From NCBI RefSeq assembly GCF_009914755.1, contig NC_060938.1: a stretch of 64,000 bases of DNA. One strand, written 5' to 3'. The position numbers were made by a program, and so were the translations under genes. This stretch comes from the human T2T-CHM13v2.0 reference genome, Homo sapiens. Under the pieces are notes generated by a model, which saw nothing but the letters and a program-made list of their open reading frames with translations, did no database searches and was not told the origin of the DNA. This document shows, piece by piece, positions 26,135 to 40,880 of the stretch; positions within the stretch are counted from its first letter, which is position 1; every line of letters begins with the position of its first letter.

Positions 26135-29100
26135 CTACATATTCTTTAACTGTGGATCTGTATGCATACAATAATGCTTTATTAAACTTGTATTCATATC
26201 TAACATTTTGCTTAAACACACAATGTTTAGTGTGCAGACCATGCATATTCAGTGAATATTTCAGTTCCTTAAAATGTAATATAATGTCTTTGTACAGTTC
26301 ACAGTATCATAATTTTATGTGGCTATCACATCAGATTGCTTTTTACTGATGATTCCAAAATGAAAAAACAAAGCCACTAACATTACGGCTTTCTTCACAT
26401 TGAACTAAGTTTAAATTTGAAAGAAAATATGCAGTAATACAGGACTTTATAAAGTATTCCTGATCAAGGGAATTAGAAAGACATATTAAGAATAGAAAGA
26501 ATTTAGTCTCTTTTCCTCCTTTTTTCCCCTTCAAGACAATTGTCTTTGTATATTGAATACCAGATAAATAAAGAACCCATATTACCTGCTTTCTTTTCCA
26601 ATAGCTTTGTTTATATCTTTCCTGTGGTGCCTAATATTTTCTCTCTTCACTTTGGACATAGGTATTTTAATTTGCACTTAATATGTGACAATCATTTTGA
26701 AGGATTCTCATCTACTGTTACTTGTTAAATCAAGCTGTATAAAATTACCTCTATTTGGTCATTTCAGAACTACAAACATTTGCCAGCAAAACAAAGAAAA
26801 TTGGTTTTGAAGAATTTTCTAAAAAGACACTACACTACCCAGTGACGCTTCACCGGGAAGACTACAGATCCTACCTTTTCCTTGGTTGAGTACAATGTCA
26901 TAATGCCAAATCAAAGAAAAGACTTTAAGAGTAGCTTCTTAAAGTAAAAACGTAAAGAGTGGCTTTAATTGTCACACCTATTTGTGCCCAAAATCCAATA
27001 CCTTGTCTCTTGATTATTTCCATGCTTGTGAAACCAAGGCAATAGGTCCCCAGAACATGAGGGCAAGGTTCCAATAAAAAAATTCCTGTGACACAGGGTG
27101 CCTATCAAAAACCAATACTGCTGACTAACTGCAGATTTATTGGATAGAATGTGATTGAAAATGCAATCCATAAATGATTAAACAGTAGAATACAGCAACT
27201 AAAGCAGAATGACTAAAAGGAGGTAGAAGAAAGAAATACCTTTGAAATATGAACTAAAGCATATTACTAAACAACTAGACATACCTATTTTCTTCAGGAA
27301 CAGAAGAGTAGCAAGAAGAGTATGTTGTTATCAAGAAAAAAATAAATATAAAGGTGGCTCTTAGAAGAGACTTTGCAGAAGCTGGAAATTGAGGGAACAG
27401 CTGAAATTACTGTGATGCTTTGGAAATAATTGCCACAACTGCAGACAAAAAGTACATGCTGCATCCAGATGTACAGTTAAAGGTTGATGCTAATATATCT
27501 CTGATACTTGACCTGTTCACTATTTCCCAGCATACCAATCTTCTCTCCTGTTAGTCCTTATAACAATGGACTGGATACACTATCCCTACAATATGAACTA
27601 CCACATAGAGTCATTTTTTTCTGATTTAATTAAAAGCTCCACGTAAACCAATGTGGATGTTGTAAATCATGCCGAGTTGTGGTACACATGCCTCTGTAAT
27701 ATTAACAGTGGCCCCAAGGCTAAATTTAGCTATACCACATTATTAAATCCTATGAGTGTAGCTAACATCAGAAAAATGTTTTGAAAGCATAAATATTTTA
27801 GCATGAAGATTTAACAAAAATGTATTTCATCATATCAGAATATCAGGGGGGAAAAACTCACTCATTTATAACTGAGCCAAAGGAGAGCTGTTTGCATTTT
27901 GCCTTGTCTGTAACTTGGAGATGTATCCTATAAGCGTTCTTTGGTGAGATAAAAACCAGTTTCTATTTTCCTACTAAAATATTTTTAAAAATTGTATTTA
28001 CCTGGCACTGATTAGTTTGCTTGGTCTTCAGACACAATAAGAACATGTTTAGGTTTCTTCATTAAGAAAGTAAATATAGAATATTCCAAAAAGGCTTTAG
28101 AAAATTCAGCAGAACTAATGTAATAAACATACTCACTCTAACATGCATAATAGTAATATAATTTACATTAAATGGATATACAATATTTTATATTTACTTA
28201 TTTTGCCAACTATTGACAAAATTTTGGAATTTCGCTATGATTTAATATTACTTCTGAATATATATATTAGTAGATAGATTATATCATTGATACTTTTCAC
28301 TAAATAAGAAAGAAAAAGGAAAATTGATGAGCTAGATGATATTTTAGAAAGCCTCTTTTCTTTCTTCACAAAGGATATTTTCAGTACACCCACTACCACC
28401 ACCATAACTAAGAGCCTACTATTTGCCAGTTACTATAAACATATGATTTAATTTTATCTTCACAATATCTGTAGTGAGGTATGAATCTGGGGAAACTGGT
28501 ACTGTAAATGCCTTACAGCTTGGAGAAGAACAGTGGCTAGGTATGCATCTTCTCTTAAGTTAGGATAAAATCTTCCTGACAGTGACTTTTTCTACTAGAA
28601 ATATTGATAGCACAAATATTTGCAAAGAGTCACTCAAATATGTGCATTAGGTCCAGAAATAACTTGTCAGTTAATTTTTAAGAAATAATCATGTAAGCCC
28701 CATGTATAAAAGGATAATAGCACAATCAGGTATTAATCTTCTCAAATTCTGTATGCCTAAACTTTGCTTGCATGGACCTTGGGGCTCAAGGGCAGCTGTG
28801 TACTTATGGGCTGCATCTACTCCTTTGTAGCAACCTCATTTCCTCTGTGTTTTATTATTGTTGTTATTGTCATTATTTTGCTAAATAAATGTGAAATTTT
28901 ATTGTGAGCATTCTATTCCCATCATTATGTTACCTACCCTAGAACACCTCATAAACATGATTTAGCAGAAAGCAAATTCACAGAGTTGAAGGAATTGATC
29001 ATACTACTCTACTGTAGAGAGAACCAGAATCCACACCCAGCTCTTGTTCAATAATGCTTCTTTAGGTAGAGTTGTTTAAGGCTCCATATGCACCAACATT

Positions 29101-31351
29101 AATAATTGACATTAAGACTTGAATCTTACATGGAGGTAGGCTGGATAGTGGATTTTTTCATTGAGTGACCAATTGTTTTGTTTTGGGGGGACTATTGGGT
29201 TTCCCAGGATGTGGGACTTCCAGTGAGTCCAAGGCAAATTAGGATGGTTGCCCTGCCTAAAGATGACATTTTGACATAATCTATCCTAGTATTCGGAGTG
29301 AATAAGTAATATGACTGGCCACATGAACTTAAGAAAATAATATTTTGTATTTTATTGTATCTCCTTTGTTAGAGCCAGTAACCTATAAAAGCAAATTGTC
29401 AGTAAATGATCATGGAGCTATTCTAAGCCACAAGTTATATGTGACTAGCTCAAAAATCATCAAGAAATTGTAAAATGTATTTCTACCAACTGAATTATTG
29501 CCTATGATAATGCAATTCTTAGTATTTCACTAGACCAGTAAAACTCTGAAAAGAACCAAGCTGTGGTCTACAAATCCATAATCTAGCAAGTTTGAAAATT
29601 AAAAATTAATTGTTCTTAGGAGTATAAAAAATCCTATTACTTTATTTTAGCATATCCTCGACCCAATCTACTGAAACAAATACAAAATACATGGTCTGGA
29701 CTTTTGCAAGATTTTCTAATGAATAATTATTTTAAATTTTTCAATTATAATCTAACAGCATATTAAAAATAATACATATTTAAAGTTAGAAAAATATAAT
29801 CAATGAATATCCTAGATGTTTGCTAAAACACAGATTATTTGATATGGTCCAAAATATTTGTATTGTGAGATGGCTTTTAGTGTTGTCTTTCATTTGACTA
29901 AGGCTGTTTATTGTATCTGGATTATGATATCTTCTGGGAGAGTTACTAGTTTATGGGGTATATTTATGTTAAGAACCCATAGTTTCAAGATACATTTGAA
30001 TAAAGAAATACAAAAATTTCATTGGTAGGACAACAAAATGCACCAATGTAGGGCGATCTCAGCAACATGCAAACTTCCTTTTATGACAGTAATAGAATTT
30101 TAAAAAATCTGGGTCATCTTATTGCTCTGGATACTGCCTTAGGAAAACCAAAGTTGAAACCTCTTAATGACCATTGCTTCTGTTCAAGATTTGCTGTCTT
30201 ATCATCATCTATATTTTTACATTTCTGAAGTTACATTAGTGAAAATAGGTCATATATGTGCTTGATTACCTTAGGAAATGACAGAGCACTGAAATGAAGA
30301 ATCTGTTGAATATCAACAACCACAACCTTGCAAGTTTCTTCTATTTCCTAATAAACCATTATCAATTTCATAAAAAATATTTTGTATTTATGTTAAACAT
30401 TTGTTCTCCTAATAGGTTAGATATAAATATACCTAGAATATGAGTCATTTCTATAGATTTTAGTGGGAAATACTAATATCTAACATATGCAGTGACAAAA
30501 GTCATCCATAAAATGATCATGAACTTATTTCAAGATTAATCATCCATGATTGAAGCTATACCCTGTAGGCAGAACAATGCTGTCCCCAAAAGATGCCCAT
30601 GTGTTATTATTTTTGAAAACAAAAATGTTTTCTTCATTTTTAAGAAGGTGAAAAATAAGTTTAGAGAAGCTAACTATTAGTAACATCATAAAAGATTTCA
30701 GAACCAAAATTTAAACCTTATACTTTTGAATGTTAAAACTTATGCAAAAGAGTTACAGGGAACATCTTATTCTCTATATCTACAATATTCTAATAAGATT
30801 TGTTGTGTTCCATTATTGGCTGTAGTAGTAAACACTGTTGTTCAGATAACCTGGATTATTATCTATGATAAAAAATTATTAAAGCACCCATATTTCCAAT
30901 ATTTTAGCGCATGAAAGGTGAAAAGTCCAATGTTTTTTCTTCCATTTCACATATTAGCTTTGCCCTCACTGAAAAAGAAACTCAGGGAAAAAAATCCAAG
31001 AATAATGCACAAGTTCACTGACTTATCATTTATGTCCCTGCTGTAATCTTTTGACGATGCTTTTAAAAATCCATGATGTATAACAGGAGTGATATCTGTC
31101 TCTCCCTAAAATTTCATCTTACCTTCTTCCTTTAGAGTTGTGTTCTTTGTATTTCCCCAAAGCTAAGAATACAAGGCCATAAATGTTCTCAATAGAGTCA
31201 CTTCTTTAATTTGAGTTCTCAGTGAGGAATAGGCTCTTTAACATATCTGACTCATTTTCTTGCTTTGATTTAGCATATATTATAAACTTATGTCTGAAAT
31301 TTTAAGGAAAAGCAATCCTAAATGCAAAGTCCACATTCAGTAATTTGGGAG

Positions 31352-31754
31352 TATTATAGACTGAATTGTGTCTTTCCCTCCAAATTCATATCCTGAATCC
31401 TGTCTGTGTGACTGTATTTGGAGATAGGGCTTTTACAGAGAGGTAACCAAGGGTAAATGAGGTCCTAAGGATGAGACTCTAATCAAATATGGCTAGTGTC
31501 CATGTTTGGGACACTAGAGGAAGGGACACTAGAGCTTTCTCTCTTTCCCTCCATGAATGCACAGAGGAAAGGTTATATGAAGACACAGCAAGAAAGCAGC
31601 CATCCGCAAGCCAAGAAAATAGCCTTCACCAGAAACCAACCCTGATGGCACCTTGTAAACTTTTGACCTCTAGACCTATGAGAATATAAATTTCTACCGT
31701 TTCAGTCACTCAGTCTGTGGTGCTCTGCTATGGCAGCCCAAGCTGACTAACATA
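31352..31754 (+). mobile_element. MaLR solo LTR (MLT1A/B-like)
   Basis: tattatagactgaattgtgtc...gtgactgtatttggagataggg...tatggcagcccaagctgactaa. Confidence 0.8.
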
Positions 31755-34700
31755 GGACATCATCATACGTATACCATCTATTTTCACAAACCTAAATAGT
31801 CCTTAAAAACTGTTATTGATGGTTAACTAGCATATCTAGATTCTAATAAATGATTCTCTTGATTATCTAGATGCTATGAAGATCATCTAAACACAAGAGG
31901 CTAGAGAAATTCATATGGCTAAGGAAAATGGCTGATGTTAGTACTAAGGTGCAAGTTACGGCAAAATCTTTGCTGCTACTTCCTCTTGCACTTACACTGG
32001 CTGTCTATGACCATAGGTGTAGCATATCGCAAGAGAAATTGTTTTTGTATTTTGTTTCATGCCCACAGCTATCAAAATTTATATAACTAAGATATTTTCT
32101 TTTTCATAAGGCTTAAGTAAGTTAGTTAAATTCCTCTAAACATGAAGAGAACTATCATGAATAGATAACAGTATACCAAAGGTTTTATACTGAAATTCAC
32201 AACAATTTCTGGACATTTATATCATAACTTTCCTAAGAGCTATATAAAATAATAAAAAGAGATAATAGTTGCCTAACATAGGAAACAAAGACGTTTCTTG
32301 ACCTCTATCTTTTTCCATGAAAATTTATTGAGACAAAAAGAAAAAAAAAGAGTAGAAGAGAAAGGAAAAAAAATTGAAGAATAAGTGAGAGAGGGAGGGA
32401 GGAGAAAGATAAATATTTTCCCTCTATTTCTATAGCCAGTAATACTTTTATGGCTTGGTTTCTTGAATTAAATCCCATTTAAAGATGATATCTTAATTAG
32501 ATAATGTTTATAAATGCTAAGGTAGAGCAGACTAAATCAAGGGACTTATATAATTAGGCCAAATGAGCCACACCTATCCCTTTTTTATACACTTCATCAT
32601 AACCTCTCAAGCAGGTAAAAAATATGTTTTTCATCCTAATATAGGTAACCTACTTAATTCTTATTTGCCTTTGAAGTTGTGAGACATCAAGTCATAAGTG
32701 CTTGAAATTCATTAAAATAAATAAAACTTGTTTTATCATAATTTCTATGTGTCCTAGTGTTGGTAACACACATAATATAAGAAATTTAAAATAATTTATA
32801 CTCAGTTATCCTAATTATGATAATTTCAAAATACACCTATATTACCATCTAAACTTATAAATTTTAACAGGCTTATTTTAATAAACTATGAGAAATACAG
32901 CTACATTAAGAATTTACCAATCAAGGGAGTATATATTCATGGCAATTTGAATTTATGCTCCCAGGTTAAAGATATATATAAATTTTAAAAATAATTTACC
33001 AATCAAGAGGTAAGCCCCCTTTTCATCCAAATATGAGTAGGGAAACAACCAAAACAACTTCTAGACCCTCCTAAGCACTGTGTCAATTGGTCAGGGTGCA
33101 TGACAATAAATAAATAAATAAGTCACTTTATCTTTTATAAAATTCTATGAACTGTCTTGATAAATTTTAAGACAGCTAGATTAGGTGTGATACATAATGA
33201 CACTTCTGTGGCAGGAGACATTTTCATAGCATGCCAAACAAGAAATGGGAGTCAACAAATTAATTAACACTTTCTCTGGCTGATATACAATTATGAGTTC
33301 CACCACAATGCTATTTCACAGTAGGAAAGTTAAGAAACCACATCACTGGAATTCTACAGATGACATTGACTTTATCATGACACCTAGACACTGCCTTTCG
33401 AAGCAGTTCTAGATAATTAATTTCTATTCACAAAATGGAATGGGCTCATGGAAACAGTAGGATAACAAGGACTACATATTATCATCATCCAAAGTAATTA
33501 TTTAAACTTGTTTAAAGTGTATACATTGCCAGGCCATCTGCCAGAAAGTCTAGTTCAGCAGGTATGGGATGGAGCCAGAAAACTTACTCCATGGTGTAAC
33601 TGTTCTGCAGTAAGAACTTTTTAGACATTTTTACTTCTAGTATACATTGTTTCCATCTTTACATCCTGTATCATTTGGGCATTGTGCAAATCAGGTCCAT
33701 AGACTGACTGCAATTAAAAAGTTGATGTGATTGTGGAGATGTTCCAGTGGCATTTTGTCTCTACCAAAAGTACATTGATTAGCCAATTATTTGACATTCA
33801 TTGAAAGAATAATTTCTAAAGTAAAGTAAGACTTTTATAAACATATTGGTTTACAGAGAAGATTAACGAAACATATTACAATATGTATAATTTTCTTCTT
33901 TCAATAAGGTACACATTTTCCTTGACATTTTGCAAACCAACAGTTTAAAATACAGTAATTTTACGTACATCACTTAGAGATTCAAAACAGTAAGAATCAC
34001 TAGGAGCAACTGACTTTCACATTGATTATAGCAATGGTAACTTATGTTCCTCTTCCACTATTAAAAGAGCAATGAAATATCTCGCATGCAATTACTTGTA
34101 GTTTACAGACTCATTTGCATGAGGATGTTCTAAGCTTAATTTATACCCTGTGTATTTTGAAAGCTACCTCATTTATTTCACCTATTTGAAATTCACAAAC
34201 CCTTCCAACTATGAGCACCACCAGATGGAAAAATTTCTGAAGTGAACCCAGTTTGAATGTGTAAAGTATGAAGCATATGACATGTCTGATTACAGTTACT
34301 GAAGAGTTGAATAGGTACTAGTTTATATTTTTAAACTCAATTACTTACCATAATTCTAATACTCATTTTGCAGTGAACATCAATCAAAAACTTTGTGAGA
34401 TAATTTATAAAGGTGAATAATAGGTTTTTATGTTTGCCCAGTCTAGATACATATTAGCTGAAAAATAAAAAATGCAACATAAAGCTGAAAGGTTAAATAA
34501 AGTATCTCTAGTACAGCACTCCTGTGACCTCCATAGAACAGGTATTCAAAGACTGTTTTCTAAGCCAAATTTTTTTTTTTAATAATCACAGAAATAAAGT
34601 CATCCAGTTACTTTAAAAGATCTCAGGAATTCTATCACTTTTCCTGGTAATCTTCCCCTTTTGGCTTTAAGGTATGAAGTCCTTATTTATTCCTAACAAA

Positions 34701-35455
34701 ACACTCTGGCTGAGATTTAAGTTCATTTTCTCCATCTCTGTGAAAACTAAGAAGAGCTGTCAGTCTCCTATTTAGAATAACTCTTCAAACACTGGAGTCA
34801 ATCTAGTCCCCATTCCTTATGAGCTGTGGGACCTTGGAAAATGATAAAAATCACATCTACAACATAAAAATATTAAATATAATTTTATTGGTTATCTTTG
34901 TCTTTAAAGAATTTTTGCATAAGTCAATTTAGTTCATTCTCAAAACAATCCAGTGAGGATGCTTTAATTGCTGCAGGACAGTTCATTATGTGTCAGATAG
35001 AAAAATACATGACAAGAAAAATCTACCTGTTTATGTTCCTATAGTTATAAAAATAAACTGAGATAAAAACACTAAAGATTTTAAAAATTAATAAGGCACT
35101 GCTAAAGTGCAAAGTGGTAACTTAATTAATAATATATACTAGTGTTTTTTTCTTCCTCATTCCATAGTAATTCTTTTATTCATCCCATAGGCCATACTTT
35201 CATTTTATTTTTAATTTTCTCTGTATCTATATATTTCAAAAAAATTAAAGAAGCTAAGAAAAACAAAATTAGTTATAAGGCACAATACATTTCATGCCAT
35301 GAAGAATAACATAATTATAACCAGTTCTTATATGTTAACCTGTTTATTCTTGTTTCTCAATATCCAATTTCCCCTTTTTTAAGTCAGATGAGATTAACTT
35401 TTATAAGTGCTAAGTCCACTAAGATTTTATATTTCTATTTTTTTCTGCAACATAA

Positions 35456-35755
<300 letters not shown>

Positions 35756-35858
35756 TCCATCAACTATTTCTTATGATTATTGATAAAGTTTAATTTTCTC
35801 TCATTGTTCTTGTATTTTAATGACTTTTAACTATACGAAATAGAGCATTCTCTAGTTT

Positions 35859-37141
35859 TTTTTTTCTTTTATTATTATACTTTAAGTTTTAGGGTACATG
35901 TGCACAATGTGCAGGTTAGTTACATATGTATACATGTGCCATGCTGGTGCACTGCACCCACTAACTCGTCATCTAGCATTAGGTATATCTCCCAATGCTA
36001 TAGCTCCCCCCCCGACCCCACAACAGTCCCCAGAGTGTGATGTTCCCCTTCCTGTGTCCATGTGATCTCATTGTTCAATTCCCACCTATGAGTGAGAATA
36101 TGCGGTGTTTGGTTTTTTGTTCTTGCGATAGTTTACTGAGAATGAAGATTTCCAATTTCATCCATGTCCCCACAAAGGACATGAACTCATCCTTTTTTAT
36201 GGCTGCATAGTATTCCATGGTGTATATGTGCCACATTTTCTTAATCCAGTCTATCATTGTTGGACATTTGGGTTGGTTCCAAGTCTTTGCTATTGTGAAT
36301 AATGCCGCAATAAACATACGTGTGCATGTGTCTTTATAGCAGCATGATTTATAGTCCTTTGGGTATATACCCAGTAATGGGATGGCTGGGTCAAATGGTA
36401 TTTCTAGTTCTAGATCCCGGAGGAATCGCCACACTGACTTCCACAATGGTTGAACTAGTTTACAGTCCCACCAACAGTGTAAAAGTGTTCCTATTTCTCC
36501 ACATCCTCTCCAGCACCTGTTGTTTCCTGACTTTTTAATGATTGCCATTCTAACTGGTGTGAGATGGTATCTCATTGTGGTTTTGATTTGCATTTCTCTG
36601 ATGGCCAGTGATGACGAGCATTTTTTCATGTGTTTTTTGGCTGCATAAATGTCTTCTTTTGAGAAGTGTCTGTTCATGTCCTTCGCCCACTTTTTGATGG
36701 GGTTGTTTGTTTTTTTCTTGTAAATTTGTTTGAGTTCATTGTAGATTCTGGATATTAGCCCTTTGTCAGATAAGTAGGTTGCGAAAATTTTCTCCCATTT
36801 TGTAGGTTGCCTGTTCACTCTGATGGTAGTTTCTTTTGCTGTGCAGAAGCTCTTTAGTTTAATTAGATCCCATTTGTCAATTTTGGCTTTTGTTGCCATT
36901 GCTTCTGGTGTTTTAGACATGAAGTCCTTGCCCATGCCTATGTCCTGAATGGTAATGCCTAGGTTTTCTTCTAGGGTTTTTATGGTTTTAGGTCTAACAT
37001 TTAAGTCTTTAATCCATCTTGAATTGATTTTTGTATAAGGTGTAAGGAAGGGATCCAGTTTCAGCTTTCTACTTATGGCTAGCCAATTTTCCCAGCACCA
37101 TTTATTAAATAGGGAATCCTTTCCCCCATTGCTTGTTTTTC
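35859..37141 (-). mobile_element. Young 5'-truncated L1PA2/L1PA3 (about 1.28 kb), same sense as MDGA2
   Basis: Perfect 16-bp TSD GAGCATTCTCTAGTTT (35843-35858 and 37142-37157). Open 286-aa ORF2 C-terminus (36075-36935, ending ...IFSLIGGN). The 3'UTR has GCTAGATGACGAGTTAG (GAG, not the L1HS-Ta ACA). Confidence 0.95.
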
Positions 37142-37670
37142 GAGCATTCTCTAGTTTAAGACAATTTAAATCTTAGCCAAAATCAGTGTTCCTCCATTGC
37201 TGAACCATAGGAGGGTCCCAATAAGTTTCTGATGAATAGAAAAATAAATGTATAAAACAATGAACATTTTGAAATCTTGGCAACTCGATGGAACACATGT
37301 TGATGAACCAATGTCATAGTTGACTTTTTAAAATATATTTTACAATAAAGTCCTAGGTTTAATCTTTTTATCAACTGAGTTAGTTGGATTTGCTGACCAG
37401 CTCTTTGTTGGAAGAACTAATAAAGTGTGTTTCACATGCTTTATACGTATCCACTCATTAATTCTTTCTACAACTTCATGAGTTTATGAGGAAATCAGGC
37501 AAAGAAGAGTAAGATGACTTGCTCAACAAGGTGCAAAAGCTAGTAAGTGGCACAAGCAGAGTCTAGACCCAGACACAAAAAAAGCCCACACTTTTAGAGA
37601 TTTTTGTTTAATGGGAAAAGGGTCTTTAAAAATCTTTAGTCTAATATAGTTACTTAAAAGTAAAAACTCA

Positions 37671-37790
37671 TATACCTAATGTAAATGACGAGTTAATGGG
37701 TGCAGCACACCAACATGGCCCATGTATACATATGTAACAAACCTGCACGTTGTGCACATGTACCCTAGAACTTAAAGTATAATAATATAT
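37671..37790 (+). mobile_element. Very short L1PA 3'-end insertion (about 115 bp)
   Basis: tatacctaatgtaaatgacgagttaatgggtgcagcacacc...ccctagaacttaaagtataata. Confidence 0.9.
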
Positions 37791-38479
37791 ATATGTAAAA
37801 ATTTATATTGATATGAAAAATTGGAGTTTCTCAAAACCAGTTCAAATTTTAATTTATTAAAGTAATTCTTTATGCACATTCATACAAAATATGTTTTTCT
37901 CATATACCTTCTCTTTGCTCTTTCATTTATCAATTTCTTCTAAATATGTTTACCGTTATTCTGGGGTCTATATTATTGAACAAAGGCTAACTTAAGTTTC
38001 AATCCTATTAATGTTTTCACATTTTCTACAAAAATATTGTTCTAAAAACATCTATCTGAAATTACCTATTAGTTTTCTTGACTTGACACAAAGTAAAAGA
38101 AAGTTTCTTTTACTTAACTTTGAAAGCACAAAACTCATTTAGCAACTTCAATCACGAATTTTTATATGTAGAATCTAGTATTTCTCAAGAATATTTTTGA
38201 ACAGGATATATGCTCGTTAGTGACATTTTAGAATGCAATACTTTAAAGAGCTATAATTTTGTATGTTATACACGTAAACATATTACATGGAGTATATTAC
38301 AATGACATTTTACTGTGTCCATGTATGAAGCTTTTCAGATATCCCAGGATTTTCTGGGAATAAAGGTGCTTATTCCTACATACACCGTAGAAATCATTTG
38401 GTCTTTAAAAAAGTTAAAGAGAGTTTTTAAACATTAGTTGTAGATAAGATACATGTAACATACAGAGATAATTCCATAC

Positions 38480-38612
38480 CTGTTTTATTGGACAGTCTAA
38501 ACGACACCATCTTATCAGGAATATTACATACATTCCTCACTGAAGCAATGCAGCTATAATTAGCATAGTCCTGAGGTCGAAGATTCTTTAGTTTTAAGAT
38601 CTTTGTTTCACC
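38480..38612 (-). CDS. MDGA2: MDGA2 internal coding exon (133 nt, phase 0 to 1), C-terminal part of Ig domain 2
   Basis: Minus strand reads attttcag|GGT GAA...AAA ACA G|gtatgg. It encodes GETKILKLKNLRPQDYANYSCIASVRNVCNIPDKMVSFRLSNKT with the Ig D-x-x-x-Y-x-C motif. Phases fit both neighbouring exons. Confidence 0.95.
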
Positions 38613-40319
38613 CTGAAAATGTACACAAAAAATAAAAGTCATTAGAAAAAGCCAACACAACCAGAATGAATGAAACATCACATCACATTACATTGTATTA
38701 AATCATATTATTATCAGAATATGACAGACTGTCTTTTTTTAAGGGAAATGTCCTATCTTTCAAATAAGTTATAAATGAACTAACTTTAAAATAACACTGC
38801 ATTTTAAAATAATACTGTAATATTAAGTATGCCTGGAGATAAAAACTAACAGACTACAATGAAAATTCATAACATTTTCTTTGCAAACTAGCTTCCTCAG
38901 GGGAAAAGTCTATTTCTGGTGGTAGTTATGCAAATTATTATGCAAAGATCAGAGCAGTGTACTTAATAATGGAGTGCATTCAACAAACACTGCAATCTAT
39001 TCAGACATCGATGTGAGAAGACAAAAGAAAAGAATCTGAAGAAGCGCCAACAAATGAAACACGGTTGTTAGAACAAAGTTAATTACGTAAATCTAATGAT
39101 AGATAATTACATTTATAAACATAAATATTTTGTATATGGAGCAATGACAGGTGACAGATCTAAAACTGAAGGAAAGAAGCATTCGTGAGTGTTTCTATAT
39201 TATTATTGTTCTTGTTATTTCATGTTCAAGAGTTTAAGGGGTAACTCTCCAGGTAAATCTGCACAACTGTAGATAGATGCAAATCAAGCAAGTGGCCAGA
39301 AGTATCTAACAAACTCTTGATGAACCAAGAAAGACTTTGTAAAAACATTGGATTGAAATTGTTGAAAGGAAAAAAAGAACAAACAACAAAACGTAGTCTC
39401 CTGCCCAATTCAAATTAGGTCCCCTGGGCTTTCTTTGCCTTCTAAAGTCATTAATGCATCATCTCAAAATAGTTCTTCTTGTAAATAACTTACTTATTTT
39501 AATGGCAAAACAGTGTCTCAATGATTTTATAGTATTAGGGATACTATAAAAATTCAAAATGTTTATTTTTTCCAGATAACGTGTGTACGGAACAATGTGT
39601 TTCATCACTTTACCTGGGTAACATTTGTCGAGTTCTAAAACTTGCAATACTTTCATATGTTATAGAGGAGGACTGGAATACTTAGTGACTTACTACATAA
39701 AAACACTGCTGTTCATTTGCAAGAAAGCTTACCCAGACATAGGCACACAGTTTTGCAAATCTGTCAAATGAATCTCTATTCTAGTGTGCATGGAATTGTG
39801 GCCATAAGTATTTTCATTCACTGTCCAAATTCAGTCTTAAATCAGTCACCCCTTTAGCATTTTCCTCAGTGGTAAAAAAAAAACAAACAAACAAACAAAA
39901 AAAAACTACCTTTCAATTTTTGTTTAGAAGAAACACTGAATTTTTAACTTACAAGAAAATATAAATGTATCCGATACAAGTATACACATAAATCTATATG
40001 TTTCTAGAGTTTATATATAAAACTATTCTCTTGTGTTACAGAATTCCCATACATGATATAAAATGCCTAGAAAGTGGGCTTAGCTAGAAAGAACAGTTGA
40101 AAGAAAATGATATGCTAGAATTAGTCAACTCAGATAATTTTTAAATAAAGTGATACATCTTACCTCTCCTACCTTTGTCACACGTATTGCTCAAATTTCT
40201 TTGCTTTTCTTTCTCCTCTCAATACGACTAGTGTTATTCCTTGGAATTCTACTTGTTCCATAGTTAACCTCACTTTATAACATTTCATTAGGTGGCATTA
40301 TCCTTGCTGATGAATTTCT

Positions 40320-40620
40320 ACTACAAGCTCTATTTTCTTGCCCCACTCCCAAGTCTAAGCCCCATTTCCAGAATTCTCCCTTAAGTTTCAGATACACATA
40401 ACAAATGTTTGTCAATATGTCCATTCTGATACTTCAGACACATCTGAACTCAACATATCCTAAATTGAACTTCAAATATATTCCTTTAAACCTACTCCTC
40501 CTTCTGTAATAATGGGAATTTACACCCAATTATAACTTCTTATTCATACATTCAGTATCTCTGTCTCTCAGCTAGATCCTTTTATTGATCTTTACTCATG
40601 TTCAATCCCAATTATTCTTT
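40320..40620 (+). mobile_element. L2 LINE fragment
   Basis: ttcagacacatctgaactcaacatatcctaaattgaact is a typical L2 motif. Boundaries are approximate. Confidence 0.55.
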
Positions 40621-40741
40621 GTATCTATTTTTAATCATAATGCTCTAAACCCTACAATCAACTAAAAAACTCATGATTGTACTTAGTATAGCTTAAGAAT
40701 GCAAGCAAGCCACAATGATTTACACTTTAACCAATATTTTT

Positions 40742-40880
40742 TTCAGCTTTATTGAAGTATAATGGACAAAATAATTGTATACATTTAAGGTATACAACTG
40801 TGCTTTGATATACATTGTAAAATAATCATCACAATCGAGCTAATTAACATATACATAACCTCACATAATTATTTTTATTC
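40742..40880 (-). mobile_element. L1MA 3'-end fragment
   Basis: cagctttattgaagtataat...ttaaggtatacaac...gagctaattaacatat matches the reverse L1MA 3' end. Confidence 0.7.

Noticed and set aside
36075-36935. 286-aa ORF as a novel gene
   Set aside because: It is the C-terminus of L1 ORF2p in a 5'-truncated L1PA with no promoter.
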